Source: Spirochaetia bacterium
GTDB lineage: Bacteria > Spirochaetota > Spirochaetia > UBA9216
Assembly (NCBI GenBank): GCA_963675665.1
Contig: OY776510.1
Span: 256,001 to 320,000, forward strand
Direction of reading: 5' to 3'
Length of the DNA stretch: 64,000 bases
The translations under genes and the position numbers were made by a program. Within the stretch, counting starts at the first letter, position 1; every line of letters begins with the position of its first letter. The notes below the pieces were generated by a model. That model saw only the letters and a list, made by a program, of their open reading frames with translations, was not told where the DNA came from and searched no databases. Below are positions 36,379 to 46,197 of this stretch, piece by piece.

Positions 36379-36840
36379 ATGCTTCTTCCGATCATTAAAG
36401 CGATGTATTACCAGCAGACCTTAACAGAAAATTTTATATCCTCTCCGGCACAGGCTGATATTTCAAGCCGTATAATTGATGAGCTTCGTGAACTTTATTA
36501 CGGGCATTTCGATAATTACCGCTTTATTTCGCTGCTTGAACAGAATGCATTTGAAACTTCCCGCCTGCGCTACATCCGCAACATGCTTGATATCCAATCG
36601 GTGTACAGCACTGAAACAGCCGTATTCACCGAAGGGATAGAAGCAGTAGAAGAAGTAATTCTGACGTCGAAACGCTACCTGCTTCCCGCATTGAGAGACA
36701 AACTGGGTATTTCCGGGTTTTCCGGCAATAAAGCAGGATCAAAAGACGAGAGGGTTATGAGAAATCTGTTTTCATATACATTTCCGTACAACCTTCAAAG
36801 ACTTGAAGAACTTATCAATGAACTGAAAAATAATTTATGA
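36379..36840 (+). CDS. Hypothetical helical protein
   Basis: 153-aa ORF with ATGA overlap into the glycosylase gene. Confidence 0.7.
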   Translation: MLLPIIKAMYYQQTLTENFISSPAQADISSRIIDELRELYYGHFDNYRFISLLEQNAFETSRLRYIRNMLDIQSVYSTETAVFTEGIEAVEEVILTSKRYLLPALRDKLGISGFSGNKAGSKDERVMRNLFSYTFPYNLQRLEELINELKNNL

Positions 36841-37568
36841 ATAAATCCGAACAGCTTAAAAAAGCGGCAAAAAAACTCTCCGCCGGCGTTTCAAAACTGG
36901 AATTCATTCCGGAAATCACTCATATATATAATCCGCTGGAATATGCATGGAAAGCCCATGAAGCCTACCTCGAACTTGCAGGGAACAGCAGCAAGCGAAT
37001 CATCTTTGTCGGCATGAACCCGGGGCCCTGGGGGATGGCCCAGACCGGTGTTCCGTTCGGAGAAATAAATGCTGTAACAGTATGGCTTGGCATCAGAACG
37101 GAGGTAGGCACGCCGGCAGCCGAACATCCGAAACGTCCTGTAACCGGGTTTTCCTGCACCAGAAGCGAAGTCAGCGGGAAACGCTTGTGGGGCCTGATGG
37201 AACAGAAATTCGGAAAACCGGAAAAATTTTTTATGGAGCATTACGTTGCCAATTACTGCCCCGTAAGCTTTATGACCGAAACAGGAAAAAATTTCACTCC
37301 CGACAAGCTGCCTAAAGAACAACAGCGGAGATTATTTGATCTCTGTGATCTTCATCTAAAAGAGACTGCCGAAATTCTTGAAGCAGAATGGCTTCTGGGT
37401 ATAGGAAAATTTGCCGAACAGAGAATCAATTCGGCGCTTAAATCAGAAATTGCAGAAGGCACCGTTAAATCAGGAACAATTCTGCATCCCAGCCCGGCCA
37501 GCCCGGCGGCCAACCGCGGATGGGCCGAAGCGGCTGAAAAAAAGATGAACGAATACGGCCTTTGGTAA
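36837..37568 (+). CDS. SMUG1-type (family 3) uracil-DNA glycosylase
   Basis: IYNPLEYA, GMNPGPWGMAQTGVPFG, SEVSG, NYCP, HPSP. Confidence 0.92.
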   Translation: MNKSEQLKKAAKKLSAGVSKLEFIPEITHIYNPLEYAWKAHEAYLELAGNSSKRIIFVGMNPGPWGMAQTGVPFGEINAVTVWLGIRTEVGTPAAEHPKRPVTGFSCTRSEVSGKRLWGLMEQKFGKPEKFFMEHYVANYCPVSFMTETGKNFTPDKLPKEQQRRLFDLCDLHLKETAEILEAEWLLGIGKFAEQRINSALKSEIAEGTVKSGTILHPSPASPAANRGWAEAAEKKMNEYGLW

Positions 37569-37754
37569 AAGGCCACCTTTGGTAAAAGGCCACCTTTGGT
37601 AAAAGGCCACCTTTGGTAAAAGGCCACCTTTGGTAAAAGGCCACCTTTGGTAAAAGGCCACCTTTGGTAAAAGGCCACCTTTCGTAAAAGGCCACCTTTC
37701 GTAAAAGGCCACCTTTCGTAAAAGGCCACCTTTCGTAAAAGGCCACCTTTCGTA
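37557..37754. repeat. 17-bp tandem repeat GGCCACCTTT(G/C)GTAAAA: 10 full units plus partial ends
   Basis: Six G-variant units (37571-37672), four C-variant units (37673-37740), partial unit to 37754, degenerate unit 37557-37570; no spacers. Confidence 0.98.
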
Positions 37755-37771
37755 TATACCCCTGGCAAGTG

Positions 37772-38827
37772 TTATTCTGTTTTCTCCGGAAAAAAACTGT
37801 CGAACATCATCATCAAAGAATCAAGCGCTGCCGAACTCTGAAAAGATCGTTCTATCATGCCCTTTGCTCCGCGAATCATTTCAAAAGCCCTGCTCTGTGC
37901 CCGCTCTATGCTTCCGGAACCATTGAGCATAGTTATAACCTTCTCTATATGTTCAGTACCTTCTTCAAATCCCAGTTCCGAAGCCTTTAAAAAGTGTCCG
38001 GCCAGCACGGGAACAGAATCAGGATCAGCCATTGCGTGAAATATAACCGGCAGGCTTTTCTTGCCTTCAACAATATCATCTCCGCGATTTTTACCCGGAT
38101 TTCCGGTTGTAAGATTTTTTACATCATCTATTATCTGAAATGCTACTCCCGCGTCTTCAAAAATATCACCAAGACTCATACATGTATTCGGATCCGTACC
38201 GCCTACTGCAAAACCAATCTGTGCGGCAAGACGCGACAGCGAACCGGTTTTAAACCTGCACATCTGCATGTAGTCTTCAACAGCCGGATAAAACTCATGG
38301 TTGTTGTGCCATTGAATATCAAGCCCCTGACCGAAATGCAGACGCCGCAGATTTGTCGTATAGTAACGGTAAAGTCTGAGCTTAAGTTCGTCATCCAAAT
38401 CGCTCTCGTCAATCAGAAAGGTAGGAAGAAAATAAAGCAGATTGCCGGTATTAATAGACATGTCTTCGCCGTAGATCTGATGAACGGCCGATTTGCCACG
38501 TCTCATATCCGCCTTATCTTCAATATCATCAATGATAAGACTGCCGTTATGCGGGAATTCCACTACAGGGGCAAGAGGCAGAACTTCTTCGGCGCTTCCT
38601 CCGGCCAGTTGACAGCACAGCACCATTGAAACAGGCCGCCATCTCTTGCCTCCGCGGTTTAACAACTCAATAGCAGGCTGATTAATCCTGTTGAATAATT
38701 CTTCCTTTACCCTGCTTTTTGTCGGTCCTGCTGCTCTTGCGATCCATCCCGTATCAGCAATTGAAGGAATTACTCTTGCGATAACCCCTTCTACCTTATC
38801 AAGGATTTCCATATAATATTTGTCCAT
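37772..38827 (-). CDS. Polyprenyl (GGPP-type) diphosphate synthase
   Basis: GGKRWRP, HNGSLIIDDIED, RRG, GQGLD, KTG, FQIIDD, DDIVEGK. Confidence 0.92.
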   Translation of the reverse strand: MDKYYMEILDKVEGVIARVIPSIADTGWIARAAGPTKSRVKEELFNRINQPAIELLNRGGKRWRPVSMVLCCQLAGGSAEEVLPLAPVVEFPHNGSLIIDDIEDKADMRRGKSAVHQIYGEDMSINTGNLLYFLPTFLIDESDLDDELKLRLYRYYTTNLRRLHFGQGLDIQWHNNHEFYPAVEDYMQMCRFKTGSLSRLAAQIGFAVGGTDPNTCMSLGDIFEDAGVAFQIIDDVKNLTTGNPGKNRGDDIVEGKKSLPVIFHAMADPDSVPVLAGHFLKASELGFEEGTEHIEKVITMLNGSGSIERAQSRAFEMIRGAKGMIERSFQSSAALDSLMMMFDSFFPEKTE

Positions 38828-38865
38828 GGTATACTAGAAACCATAAAGAAGGGAGTTACGTCAAT

Positions 38866-39480
38866 ATGTCCAGGCAAAGATCGTCAAAAAGAAGCGAGTT
38901 AGACCATTATTCATTACAGGCAAAAAAGGAAGGCTACCCTGCCCGGTCGGTGTATAAACTTGAAGAACTGAACAGCAAGTTTAAAATCTTCAGTCGCGGC
39001 AGCAGAATACTCGATATAGGCGCAGCACCCGGCAGCTGGAGTTTATACTGCCTCCGGAAAACAGCTGAAAACAGTATTATAGCTGCCGTCGACCTTAAGG
39101 AACTTACCATAAAAAATGACAAGCGCCTGTTCTTTGTTCAGGGAGATTTCTTCAATGACGAAATTCAATCTCAACTGCTTGAAAAAGGCCCTTATGATGC
39201 CGTTATAAGCGACGCAGCACCGGCAACTACCGGCAACCGGACGGTGGACGCGGGCAGATCTTTCTCTCTTGCCGCGGGCATAATCGGAATTGCCGATAAA
39301 ATGCTAAAAAACGGCGGAAATATCGCAATTAAAATATTTCAGGGCGGCGATGAAAAGGAGCTTGTCGGAATGCTTAATGAGAACTTTGAAACAGCAAAAA
39401 GCTTCAAGCCGAAAGCATGCCGAAAAGAATCTTTTGAAACATATATAATAGGTTTGAACTTCAATAATCTGCCGAATTGA
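38866..39480 (+). CDS. rlmE: 23S rRNA Um2552 methyltransferase
   Basis: ARSVYKL, DIGAAPGSW, SDAAP, KIFQG, KPKACR..S.E.Y. Confidence 0.93.
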   Translation: MSRQRSSKRSELDHYSLQAKKEGYPARSVYKLEELNSKFKIFSRGSRILDIGAAPGSWSLYCLRKTAENSIIAAVDLKELTIKNDKRLFFVQGDFFNDEIQSQLLEKGPYDAVISDAAPATTGNRTVDAGRSFSLAAGIIGIADKMLKNGGNIAIKIFQGGDEKELVGMLNENFETAKSFKPKACRKESFETYIIGLNFNNLPN

Positions 39481-39507
39481 ATGGAGAGTATCTCTATGGT
39501 AATTCTT

Positions 39508-39523
39508 TAAAACTGCAGTTTTA
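39508..39523. promoter_or_regulatory. Perfect 16-bp palindrome, candidate operator
   Basis: TAAAACTGCAGTTTTA; same 14-bp core at 59549-59564. Confidence 0.5.
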
Positions 39524-39609
39524 GAGATTCTCGGAATTTAAATTTCCCTGTATCAATTTTTTGGAAATATCAGCCGAAATTATACCGAGAGCAAGTGAGG
39601 AATTGACTG

Positions 39610-40179
39610 ATGAATGCAAACGCAATTGATATAGCTGAAAACCTGATACTTACCGGTTATCTTAGAGAAGCAAAAAAAATTCTTTCTACAATACTGCTGG
39701 ACGAACCGGACAACGACAGAGCAGTCTGTTACATGGGCATCATCCTTACAGAGACAGGCGAAAACGACAAAGCCATAAAAACTCTGGATTATTATATTAG
39801 AAAACATCAGGACAACCCCGAAGCATGGGAAGCCCTGGGCTGTGCATGGTTCAAGAAAGGTGACCTGCTGAAAGCTGAAGAATACCTGCACCGGGCTGAA
39901 AAACTTAACCCGGAAAGCCCTTCAGCACTCAGAAATATCGGTGTGCTCTATGGCATTCAAAATAAAACCGAGGAATCTCATAATTATATAATCAAATCCT
40001 ATGATCTTAATCCGTATGACTACCGCACTTTGTATGCTCTGGCATATTCATATTTAAATCAGAAAAAATACGAAGATGCCAGACTGGTAATCGAAGAAGC
40101 GCTTTACCTGGATTTTCCGGAGAATATCAGAAAAGAACTTGAACTGATATACACAAAAATCCAGATAAACTGGATTTAA
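39610..40179 (+). CDS. TPR protein
   Basis: About five TPR units (AWEALG, ALRNIG, TLYALA). Confidence 0.85.
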   Translation: MNANAIDIAENLILTGYLREAKKILSTILLDEPDNDRAVCYMGIILTETGENDKAIKTLDYYIRKHQDNPEAWEALGCAWFKKGDLLKAEEYLHRAEKLNPESPSALRNIGVLYGIQNKTEESHNYIIKSYDLNPYDYRTLYALAYSYLNQKKYEDARLVIEEALYLDFPENIRKELELIYTKIQINWI

Positions 40180-40853
40180 TGAAGATTTTTTTTAAAATTC
40201 CAAGTTTTCTGATTCTTGCAGTGATGATGACCGCCCTGGTTTCATGCTCAACTGTTCCGGAAGAAACATGGATCGAAGAAGATTTTCAACAGCCTGAAGA
40301 CAGAACAGCTATTCAGGATAAACTTGTCGAATCGGCCGGACACTATATAGGAACTACTTCCGGAACATTAAAATCGGACGACAGGAATTACTGTCTCGAC
40401 TGTTCGGGTTTGATGCTTGCCATTTACTACCGGGCCGGTATTGACCTGGAAAAATGTTATGCAAAATATCTCGGAAACGGAGTTAAACGGCTTTACAGCT
40501 GCCTGAGGGATCACAAGCTTATTTTCAATACAAAAACACCTCAGGCAGGCGATCTGATCTTCTGGGATAATACCTGGGACCGCAACGAAGATCGGGAATT
40601 CAACGATTATTTTACGCATACCGGAATTGTTGTCGACGTAGACAGCGAAGGCACCATAACCTATGCCCACCATAACTACCGGCAAGGCGTCGTATACGAG
40701 AAAATGAACCTCAGATACCCTAACGATACAAGCCTGAACTCTCCGATGCGGATGCGGGGCTCGCCCCCTGCCCCTGAAGGCCAGTACCTGGCAAGTCATC
40801 TGGTGCGGGTTTTCGGCAGGGCATGGCAACTGCCGAAAAAATTTATGCGTTGA
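40179..40853 (+). CDS. NlpC/P60 lipoprotein (putative peptidoglycan endopeptidase)
   Basis: Lipobox LVSC; LDCSG, GDLIFW, HTGIV, H. Confidence 0.88.
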   Translation: MKIFFKIPSFLILAVMMTALVSCSTVPEETWIEEDFQQPEDRTAIQDKLVESAGHYIGTTSGTLKSDDRNYCLDCSGLMLAIYYRAGIDLEKCYAKYLGNGVKRLYSCLRDHKLIFNTKTPQAGDLIFWDNTWDRNEDREFNDYFTHTGIVVDVDSEGTITYAHHNYRQGVVYEKMNLRYPNDTSLNSPMRMRGSPPAPEGQYLASHLVRVFGRAWQLPKKFMR

Positions 40854-40855
40854 GC

Positions 40856-41893
40856 TTACATCAGTTCAATACCGTTTGCCTTACAATCGTTTTTTACGAT
40901 ATCCGGCCACATACTGGCCTGAACCTCGCCGATGTGGGCTTTTCTCAACAAAAACATACACAACCTCGACTGGCCTATTCCGCCGCCGACTGATTCGGGA
41001 AACTCGCCGGCAAGAAGACGTTTATGAAAAAGCAGATCTTTCCGCTTTTCAAGTTTTCTGATTTCCAGCTGCCTGATAAGGGCTTCACGGTTCACCCTTA
41101 TTCCCATTGAAGAAATCTCAAAAGTACGTGAAAGCACAGGGTTCCACAGAATTATATCTCCGTTAAGCCCACTGTAACCGCCGTCGGTTTCGGTGCTCCA
41201 GTCATCGTAATCGGGAGCACGGCCGTCATGTATACTGCCGTCCGGCAGCTCTCCGCCTATCCCTATTATAAATACCGCACCGTATTCCTCAGCCGCCCTG
41301 GACTCTCTTTCCACCGGGCTTAATTCGGGGTATACGCTGCACAGGTCTTCCGAATAAAGAAAGGTAATTTCTTCAGGCAGAATCGGTTTTATTTCGGGAT
41401 GCCGTTCATATACCATAAACTCGGTAGCCTTCAGAGTTGCGTAAATTTTCTGTACAACAAGTTTCAGGAAATCCAGATTGCGGTTTTCGTCAGTGATTGC
41501 CATTTCCCAGTCCCACTGATCGACATAATAGGAATGGAGATTGTCAGCCTCCTCATCAGGGCGGATCGCATTCATATCCGTATAGAGTCCGTAGCCGGCT
41601 TCTATTTTATAATCGCCTAGCATCATCCGTTTCCATTTTGCAAGCGACTGAGGGATTTCGGCCGTTGCAGCCATTCCCTTCGGTTTAAATGAAACCGGTT
41701 TTTCAACTCCGTTCAGATCATCGTTTACACCGGTTCCGGCCTCAATGAACAACGGAGCAGTAACACGCCTGAGTTTCAGCTGCGCTGATAAATAAGTCTG
41801 GAAAAAGTTTTTAATGTCGGCAATTGCTTTTTCAGTTTCTTCAAGAGAAAGTATTGATTTATAATTCTCGGGATAATAGTACTGGGCGGGCAT
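40856..41893 (-). CDS. asnA: Aspartate-ammonia ligase
   Basis: NDDLNG, SLAKWKR, HSYYVDQWDWE, RAPDYDDW, SSMGIRV, GGGIGQSR. Confidence 0.96.
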   Translation of the reverse strand: MPAQYYYPENYKSILSLEETEKAIADIKNFFQTYLSAQLKLRRVTAPLFIEAGTGVNDDLNGVEKPVSFKPKGMAATAEIPQSLAKWKRMMLGDYKIEAGYGLYTDMNAIRPDEEADNLHSYYVDQWDWEMAITDENRNLDFLKLVVQKIYATLKATEFMVYERHPEIKPILPEEITFLYSEDLCSVYPELSPVERESRAAEEYGAVFIIGIGGELPDGSIHDGRAPDYDDWSTETDGGYSGLNGDIILWNPVLSRTFEISSMGIRVNREALIRQLEIRKLEKRKDLLFHKRLLAGEFPESVGGGIGQSRLCMFLLRKAHIGEVQASMWPDIVKNDCKANGIELM

Positions 41894-41972
41894 GTGGTTC
41901 TCCTATATTTGTCTGAAGCAGATTATATCCGGGATTCCTTTTTTATTACAGACCAAATGCCCGCAGGTCCTC

Positions 41973-42434
41973 TTATCCGGCTTTAATTTTAAGCCCGTCG
42001 GCTTCATAAATCTTTTCGCAATAATGACACATAAACCCGGTTTCTCCTTCTTCCGTATCCCGGTATCGATCAAAACGCGTAGCTATGCTCTCAACATTGG
42101 TTATGCAGTTCGGATTCGGACAGTGCGCAATGTTTTCAAGTATTCCGGGAATCTCAACCTTGCGTTTTTCGGCAACCTCATAGTCTCTGATTATGGTTAT
42201 GGATGCGGTCGGGGCAATAAGCGCTATACGGTTAACCTCATCGGCCGACAGCTCATGATTTTCGATCTTCACTATATCCTTCCTGCCAAATTTGGCGCTG
42301 ACAAGATTCATTCCGATGCTGACTGTGTCGCCCTTGCTGCCGTTCAGAATTTTCAGAACATGGATCGCCTTACCCCCCGGAATATGATCAATAACCGTTC
42401 CGTCTTTTATTGCATCTACCTTTAACTGTTTCAT
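41973..42434 (-). CDS. pyrI: Aspartate carbamoyltransferase regulatory chain
   Basis: GTVIDHI, KDIVKIE, CPNPNCIT, CHYCE. Confidence 0.95.
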   Translation of the reverse strand: MKQLKVDAIKDGTVIDHIPGGKAIHVLKILNGSKGDTVSIGMNLVSAKFGRKDIVKIENHELSADEVNRIALIAPTASITIIRDYEVAEKRKVEIPGILENIAHCPNPNCITNVESIATRFDRYRDTEEGETGFMCHYCEKIYEADGLKIKAG

Positions 42435-42542
42435 CTTTTGGTTCCTCCCGTTATATTACCCGCAGGGATGCGGGTTTACGAATTAAGGTTTTCAGTTTCT
42501 GACTGAAAACCTTAAAATTTAAAAACAGCACGGATGATGTTT

Positions 42543-43466
42543 TTAAATCACACCCGTTAAAATTGATAATATTGCCTGGCGCATATAGACTCCGTTTTCC
42601 GCCTGTTCGAAATAGTATGCATGGGGTGAAGCGTCAACCTCTTCGGCAATTTCGTCCACTCTCGGCAGGGGATGAAGAATTCTCATCCCTTCTTTGGCAT
42701 TTTTTATCGTATTGAGACTGATAATGTACGATCCCTTAAGTCTCTCGTAATCTTCGGGATCGGCAAAGCGCTCACGCTGAATTCGCGTTACATACATTAT
42801 ATCGAGTTCGGGCACAATCGGTTCCACCTCGGAAAGTTCGGTATATTTTATCCCCCTTGAAGCAAGCTCCTCCTTGATGTGTTCAGGCATCTCCAGAAAC
42901 CCCGGCGAAATAAAATAAAATTCGGGATTGTAGTATGCAAGCGCCTGTGCAAGCGAATGAACCGTTCTGCCGAATCGCAGATCTCCAACCAGGCCGATTT
43001 TAAGATTCTCAAGGGTTCCGTGTGTCTTCTTAATTGAGTAAAGATCAAGCAAAGCCTGTGTAGGATGCTGATTAGCCCCGTCTCCTGCATTTACGACCGG
43101 CAGTTTTACAACCTCCGAAGCATACCTTGCGGCGCCTTCAACGGCATGCCGGATAACAATTATATCCGAGTACCTCTCGATTGTTCTCAGCGTATCGGCA
43201 AAGCTTTCTCCTTTTTTTACGGATGTGGTACCAGTGCCTTTCATTAAAAGGGCTTCGCCTCCCAGGCGTTTTACAGCTGATTCAAACGAAAAGCAGGTAC
43301 GGGTAGACGGTTCAAAGAATAGTAAAGCTGCGATTTTCCCCTGCATATCAGGGATTATCCGTTTTTCCTCAATAGCTCCTGCTGTTTCAACAAGATAATC
43401 AAGAGCCTCTCTGTCCAGATCACGCATCGATATGATGTGATTCCCGCCTGATAATTTTGCCGGCAT
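42543..43466 (-). CDS. pyrB: Aspartate carbamoyltransferase catalytic chain
   Basis: FFEPSTRT, KGES, NAGDG..HPTQ, TRIQRERF, HPLPR. Confidence 0.97.
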   Translation of the reverse strand: MPAKLSGGNHIISMRDLDREALDYLVETAGAIEEKRIIPDMQGKIAALLFFEPSTRTCFSFESAVKRLGGEALLMKGTGTTSVKKGESFADTLRTIERYSDIIVIRHAVEGAARYASEVVKLPVVNAGDGANQHPTQALLDLYSIKKTHGTLENLKIGLVGDLRFGRTVHSLAQALAYYNPEFYFISPGFLEMPEHIKEELASRGIKYTELSEVEPIVPELDIMYVTRIQRERFADPEDYERLKGSYIISLNTIKNAKEGMRILHPLPRVDEIAEEVDASPHAYYFEQAENGVYMRQAILSILTGVI

Positions 43467-44891
43467 TTAAACCTCCCTTGCCTGAAAAACGTTCCAGGCT
43501 TTCCGGCGGTATACCTCGGCTTCCGCAGCCGGGTCCTCCGCCTTGATGATTCCCCGGCCGACGATTATACAATCGGCCCCGCCTTCTATTGCTTCTTCAA
43601 CCGTAAGATACTGTTGTCCGAGATTATCTGTTCCGCGCTCGAGCTTAACCCCGGGCATAAGCAGCATCTGATTTTTCGGTATCATTGCCTTATAGTTCCT
43701 TATATCCTCAACATCCTTTCCGTGCCCGATATAACCCGAAACAACAGCGCTGTTGTTTCGGCCTGCTTCAATCACTTTTCGACTGTAATCTTCAGTTATC
43801 AGGTTGCCCCTGCTGGACATACGCGCGAGAAGAAAAGCCGCCTGGGGCCGGCCCGGCTGCATCGAGGCTTCACCGTCCGGAAAAAGCCCCTGCACGGTCC
43901 CTTCGCCCGCTATAAGATGACTTGTTACGCAGTCAGCCCATTCGGCAATACGGTAAACGCCGCCGTAAAACTGGTGTTTAACGGTGTTTCCGATATCCGC
44001 GAACTTCCGATCCTCAAAAATCAGAAAATCATGTTCAGCCGACAGTTTCTTCAGCCTGGCTATGAAGTCAAAACTGAAATTGCGGATAATGTCCATATGG
44101 GTCTTAACCATGGCAATGCTGCCGGCTGTTTTTTCAAGAATATCGAAAAACTCGTCGGAGTCTTCGGTATCGAGCGACAGAATCAGGTTTGTTTTTTTCC
44201 GCTTCATTACGGCAAGCAGTTTTTCGGTCAGGCCGTTTGCGGCAACGGTTTCTTTTTCAACTGCTGTGCCCGGGGGCTGTATTCTGCCGGCGGCGAGGTT
44301 GGCGGTGAAGCTTCTTATTCCGTCGGCCGTTTCAGCGCTCAGATGTCCTTCCCGGACAAGCAGAGACACAATATTTTCAAGGGATATCAGACTGTGAAGA
44401 ATAAGCCCCCTTTCCCTGAGTTCGTTCTCGGCGTCAGCGCTGCGGTCTATAACAACGAGAATATCCCTGACCTCAAAGCCTTCCGCTTTAAGATCGTCCG
44501 CAGTCTCAAATTTGGATCCGCCGGTTGTCACGAGATCATCTACAATAAGACAGCGTCCTTTTTTATCCGGGTCTCCTACCAGTTTTCCTCCGGCGCCGTA
44601 TGTCTTAACCTCCTTGCGGAGCATAAACAGAGGTTTACCGAGCCTCTCGGCTATCAGGGCGGCGGACGGCAGGGCTGTATACGGGATTCCCAGAACAGAA
44701 TCAAACTCAAGTCCGGCGGCGCATTCGGCAAGCAGTTCACACATAAGGCTGTGCAGTTCAGGATGAGAGATAACCTTCCTTAAATCCAGATAAAAAGGCG
44801 ATTCGATGCCGCTTTTCAGAGTAAACGCACCGAACTTAACTGCCCCGATCTCAAACAGCCCCCTGATAAATTCTTTCTTCTTATTGTCCAA
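43467..44891 (-). CDS. Bifunctional orotate PRTase-OMP decarboxylase (UMP synthase-type PyrE-PyrF fusion)
   Basis: [20 protein letters not shown]; then [30 protein letters not shown]. Confidence 0.95.
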   Translation of the reverse strand: MDNKKKEFIRGLFEIGAVKFGAFTLKSGIESPFYLDLRKVISHPELHSLMCELLAECAAGLEFDSVLGIPYTALPSAALIAERLGKPLFMLRKEVKTYGAGGKLVGDPDKKGRCLIVDDLVTTGGSKFETADDLKAEGFEVRDILVVIDRSADAENELRERGLILHSLISLENIVSLLVREGHLSAETADGIRSFTANLAAGRIQPPGTAVEKETVAANGLTEKLLAVMKRKKTNLILSLDTEDSDEFFDILEKTAGSIAMVKTHMDIIRNFSFDFIARLKKLSAEHDFLIFEDRKFADIGNTVKHQFYGGVYRIAEWADCVTSHLIAGEGTVQGLFPDGEASMQPGRPQAAFLLARMSSRGNLITEDYSRKVIEAGRNNSAVVSGYIGHGKDVEDIRNYKAMIPKNQMLLMPGVKLERGTDNLGQQYLTVEEAIEGGADCIIVGRGIIKAEDPAAEAEVYRRKAWNVFQAREV

Positions 44892-46197
44892 TTATCTTTC
44901 CCCCTAATATGGTTTTATATACAGATACAGGCATCTCCATGCCGTTGAACGGCGAATATTTCGCCCTTGTTTCAAAATCCGAACATTTTACTCTCTTTGG
45001 ACCGTCCAGGATAACCAAATCAGCCAGGCACCCTTCAACAATTCCCTTTCTGTCTTCAAGATTGAAAATTTCGGCGGCGCGGCGGCTGGTCAGCATTGAG
45101 AGTGAAATATTCCGCTTTCCATCATGTTCTTTCAGAAACCCCGCTATAAGACCGAGTTCAGTTTCAAGACCCGGAAATCCCGAAGGACATTCATTGAAAC
45201 TGCGGCAGCTCATATCTTTCTCCTCAACCTGGTGCGGAGCATGGTCGCTTCCGAAAAGATCAATTGTTCCGTCAAGCAAAGCTTCTTCGGCGGCCTTTCG
45301 GTCGGCGGGCGTACGGAGAGGCGGGTTTACCCTGGCCCAGGACTGATATCCTCCGGCAACCGTATGATGCTCGTCGAGCAGAAGATGATGAGGCGTAAGT
45401 TCCGCAATTACGGAGTTGTTACCGTATGCTTCTTTATGCTTGCGTACCATCGCAAACTCTGCAAGGGTTGACAGGTGGCAAAGATACAGCCTGCATCCTG
45501 TAACTGCGGCAAGTTCCAGCGCCAGCGCTGTGCCGGCCACAGCGGCTCCCGCAGGCCTGTAGTGGTTATGGCTTACAAGCTCAGCATCACACCCGCCGCA
45601 GTCTTCATTGATGGCATTCAGCAGTGCGGCGAGTTCGGTATGTACCGCTGCCGGTTTTCCGGATGCGGCAGCGATGGTAAATACCCTGCTGATAAAATCG
45701 ATATCGCTGCTGCTTGCGTTTGAGCTGCTTTCCGAAAAAAACAGTTTAACTCCGGCAACATCCTTTTCTTCGAGAAGTTCCGGCAGCAGATCTATCGTTT
45801 CCGGAGAACAGCCGATCCAGAACAGCCGCCGGGGGATGCTCTTTCCCGTTTGGGAGGCTCTTTTCTCCGCTTCGGCAACCGCATTCCGTTTCATTTCCAG
45901 GACTTCGAACGTGTCGGTCGCAGGTTTTGTATTAGGCATATCGATTACCGTCGTTACTCCGCCGGCAAGGGCCGCCCGGCCTCCGGAAAACCAGTCTTCT
46001 TTTTCTTCCATCCCCGGAGAGCGCATATGCACATGAGGATCAATCATTCCCGGAATCACTTCCCGTCCGTCTGCATCAAAACCGGAGGGGTCCGTTACCG
46101 CATCCGAAGCCGCCGATACACCGCTGATGAGACCGGTTTTTTCATCTATAAAAATATCTTTAAGTATTCCGTCGACCTTTGCGTTTTGTATCGTCAT
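44881..46197 (-). CDS. pyrC: Dihydroorotase (type I)
   Basis: [39 protein letters not shown]. Confidence 0.92.
   Translation of the reverse strand: MTIQNAKVDGILKDIFIDEKTGLISGVSAASDAVTDPSGFDADGREVIPGMIDPHVHMRSPGMEEKEDWFSGGRAALAGGVTTVIDMPNTKPATDTFEVLEMKRNAVAEAEKRASQTGKSIPRRLFWIGCSPETIDLLPELLEEKDVAGVKLFFSESSSNASSSDIDFISRVFTIAAASGKPAAVHTELAALLNAINEDCGGCDAELVSHNHYRPAGAAVAGTALALELAAVTGCRLYLCHLSTLAEFAMVRKHKEAYGNNSVIAELTPHHLLLDEHHTVAGGYQSWARVNPPLRTPADRKAAEEALLDGTIDLFGSDHAPHQVEEKDMSCRSFNECPSGFPGLETELGLIAGFLKEHDGKRNISLSMLTSRRAAEIFNLEDRKGIVEGCLADLVILDGPKRVKCSDFETRAKYSPFNGMEMPVSVYKTILGGKIIGQ

Noticed and set aside
37557-37754. CRISPR array or iteron origin
   Set aside because: Units are contiguous with no unique spacers; no cas or rep gene in the window.
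37352-37768. Repetitive ORFs (KVAFYQRWPFTKGGLL)
   Set aside because: By-product of a 17-bp repeat with no stops on the minus strand; they run antisense into the SMUG1 gene.
43614-44783. Long antisense ORFs (also 33794-34669, 24729-25397, 37994-38629)
   Set aside because: Shadow frames of well-conserved genes with no protein motifs.
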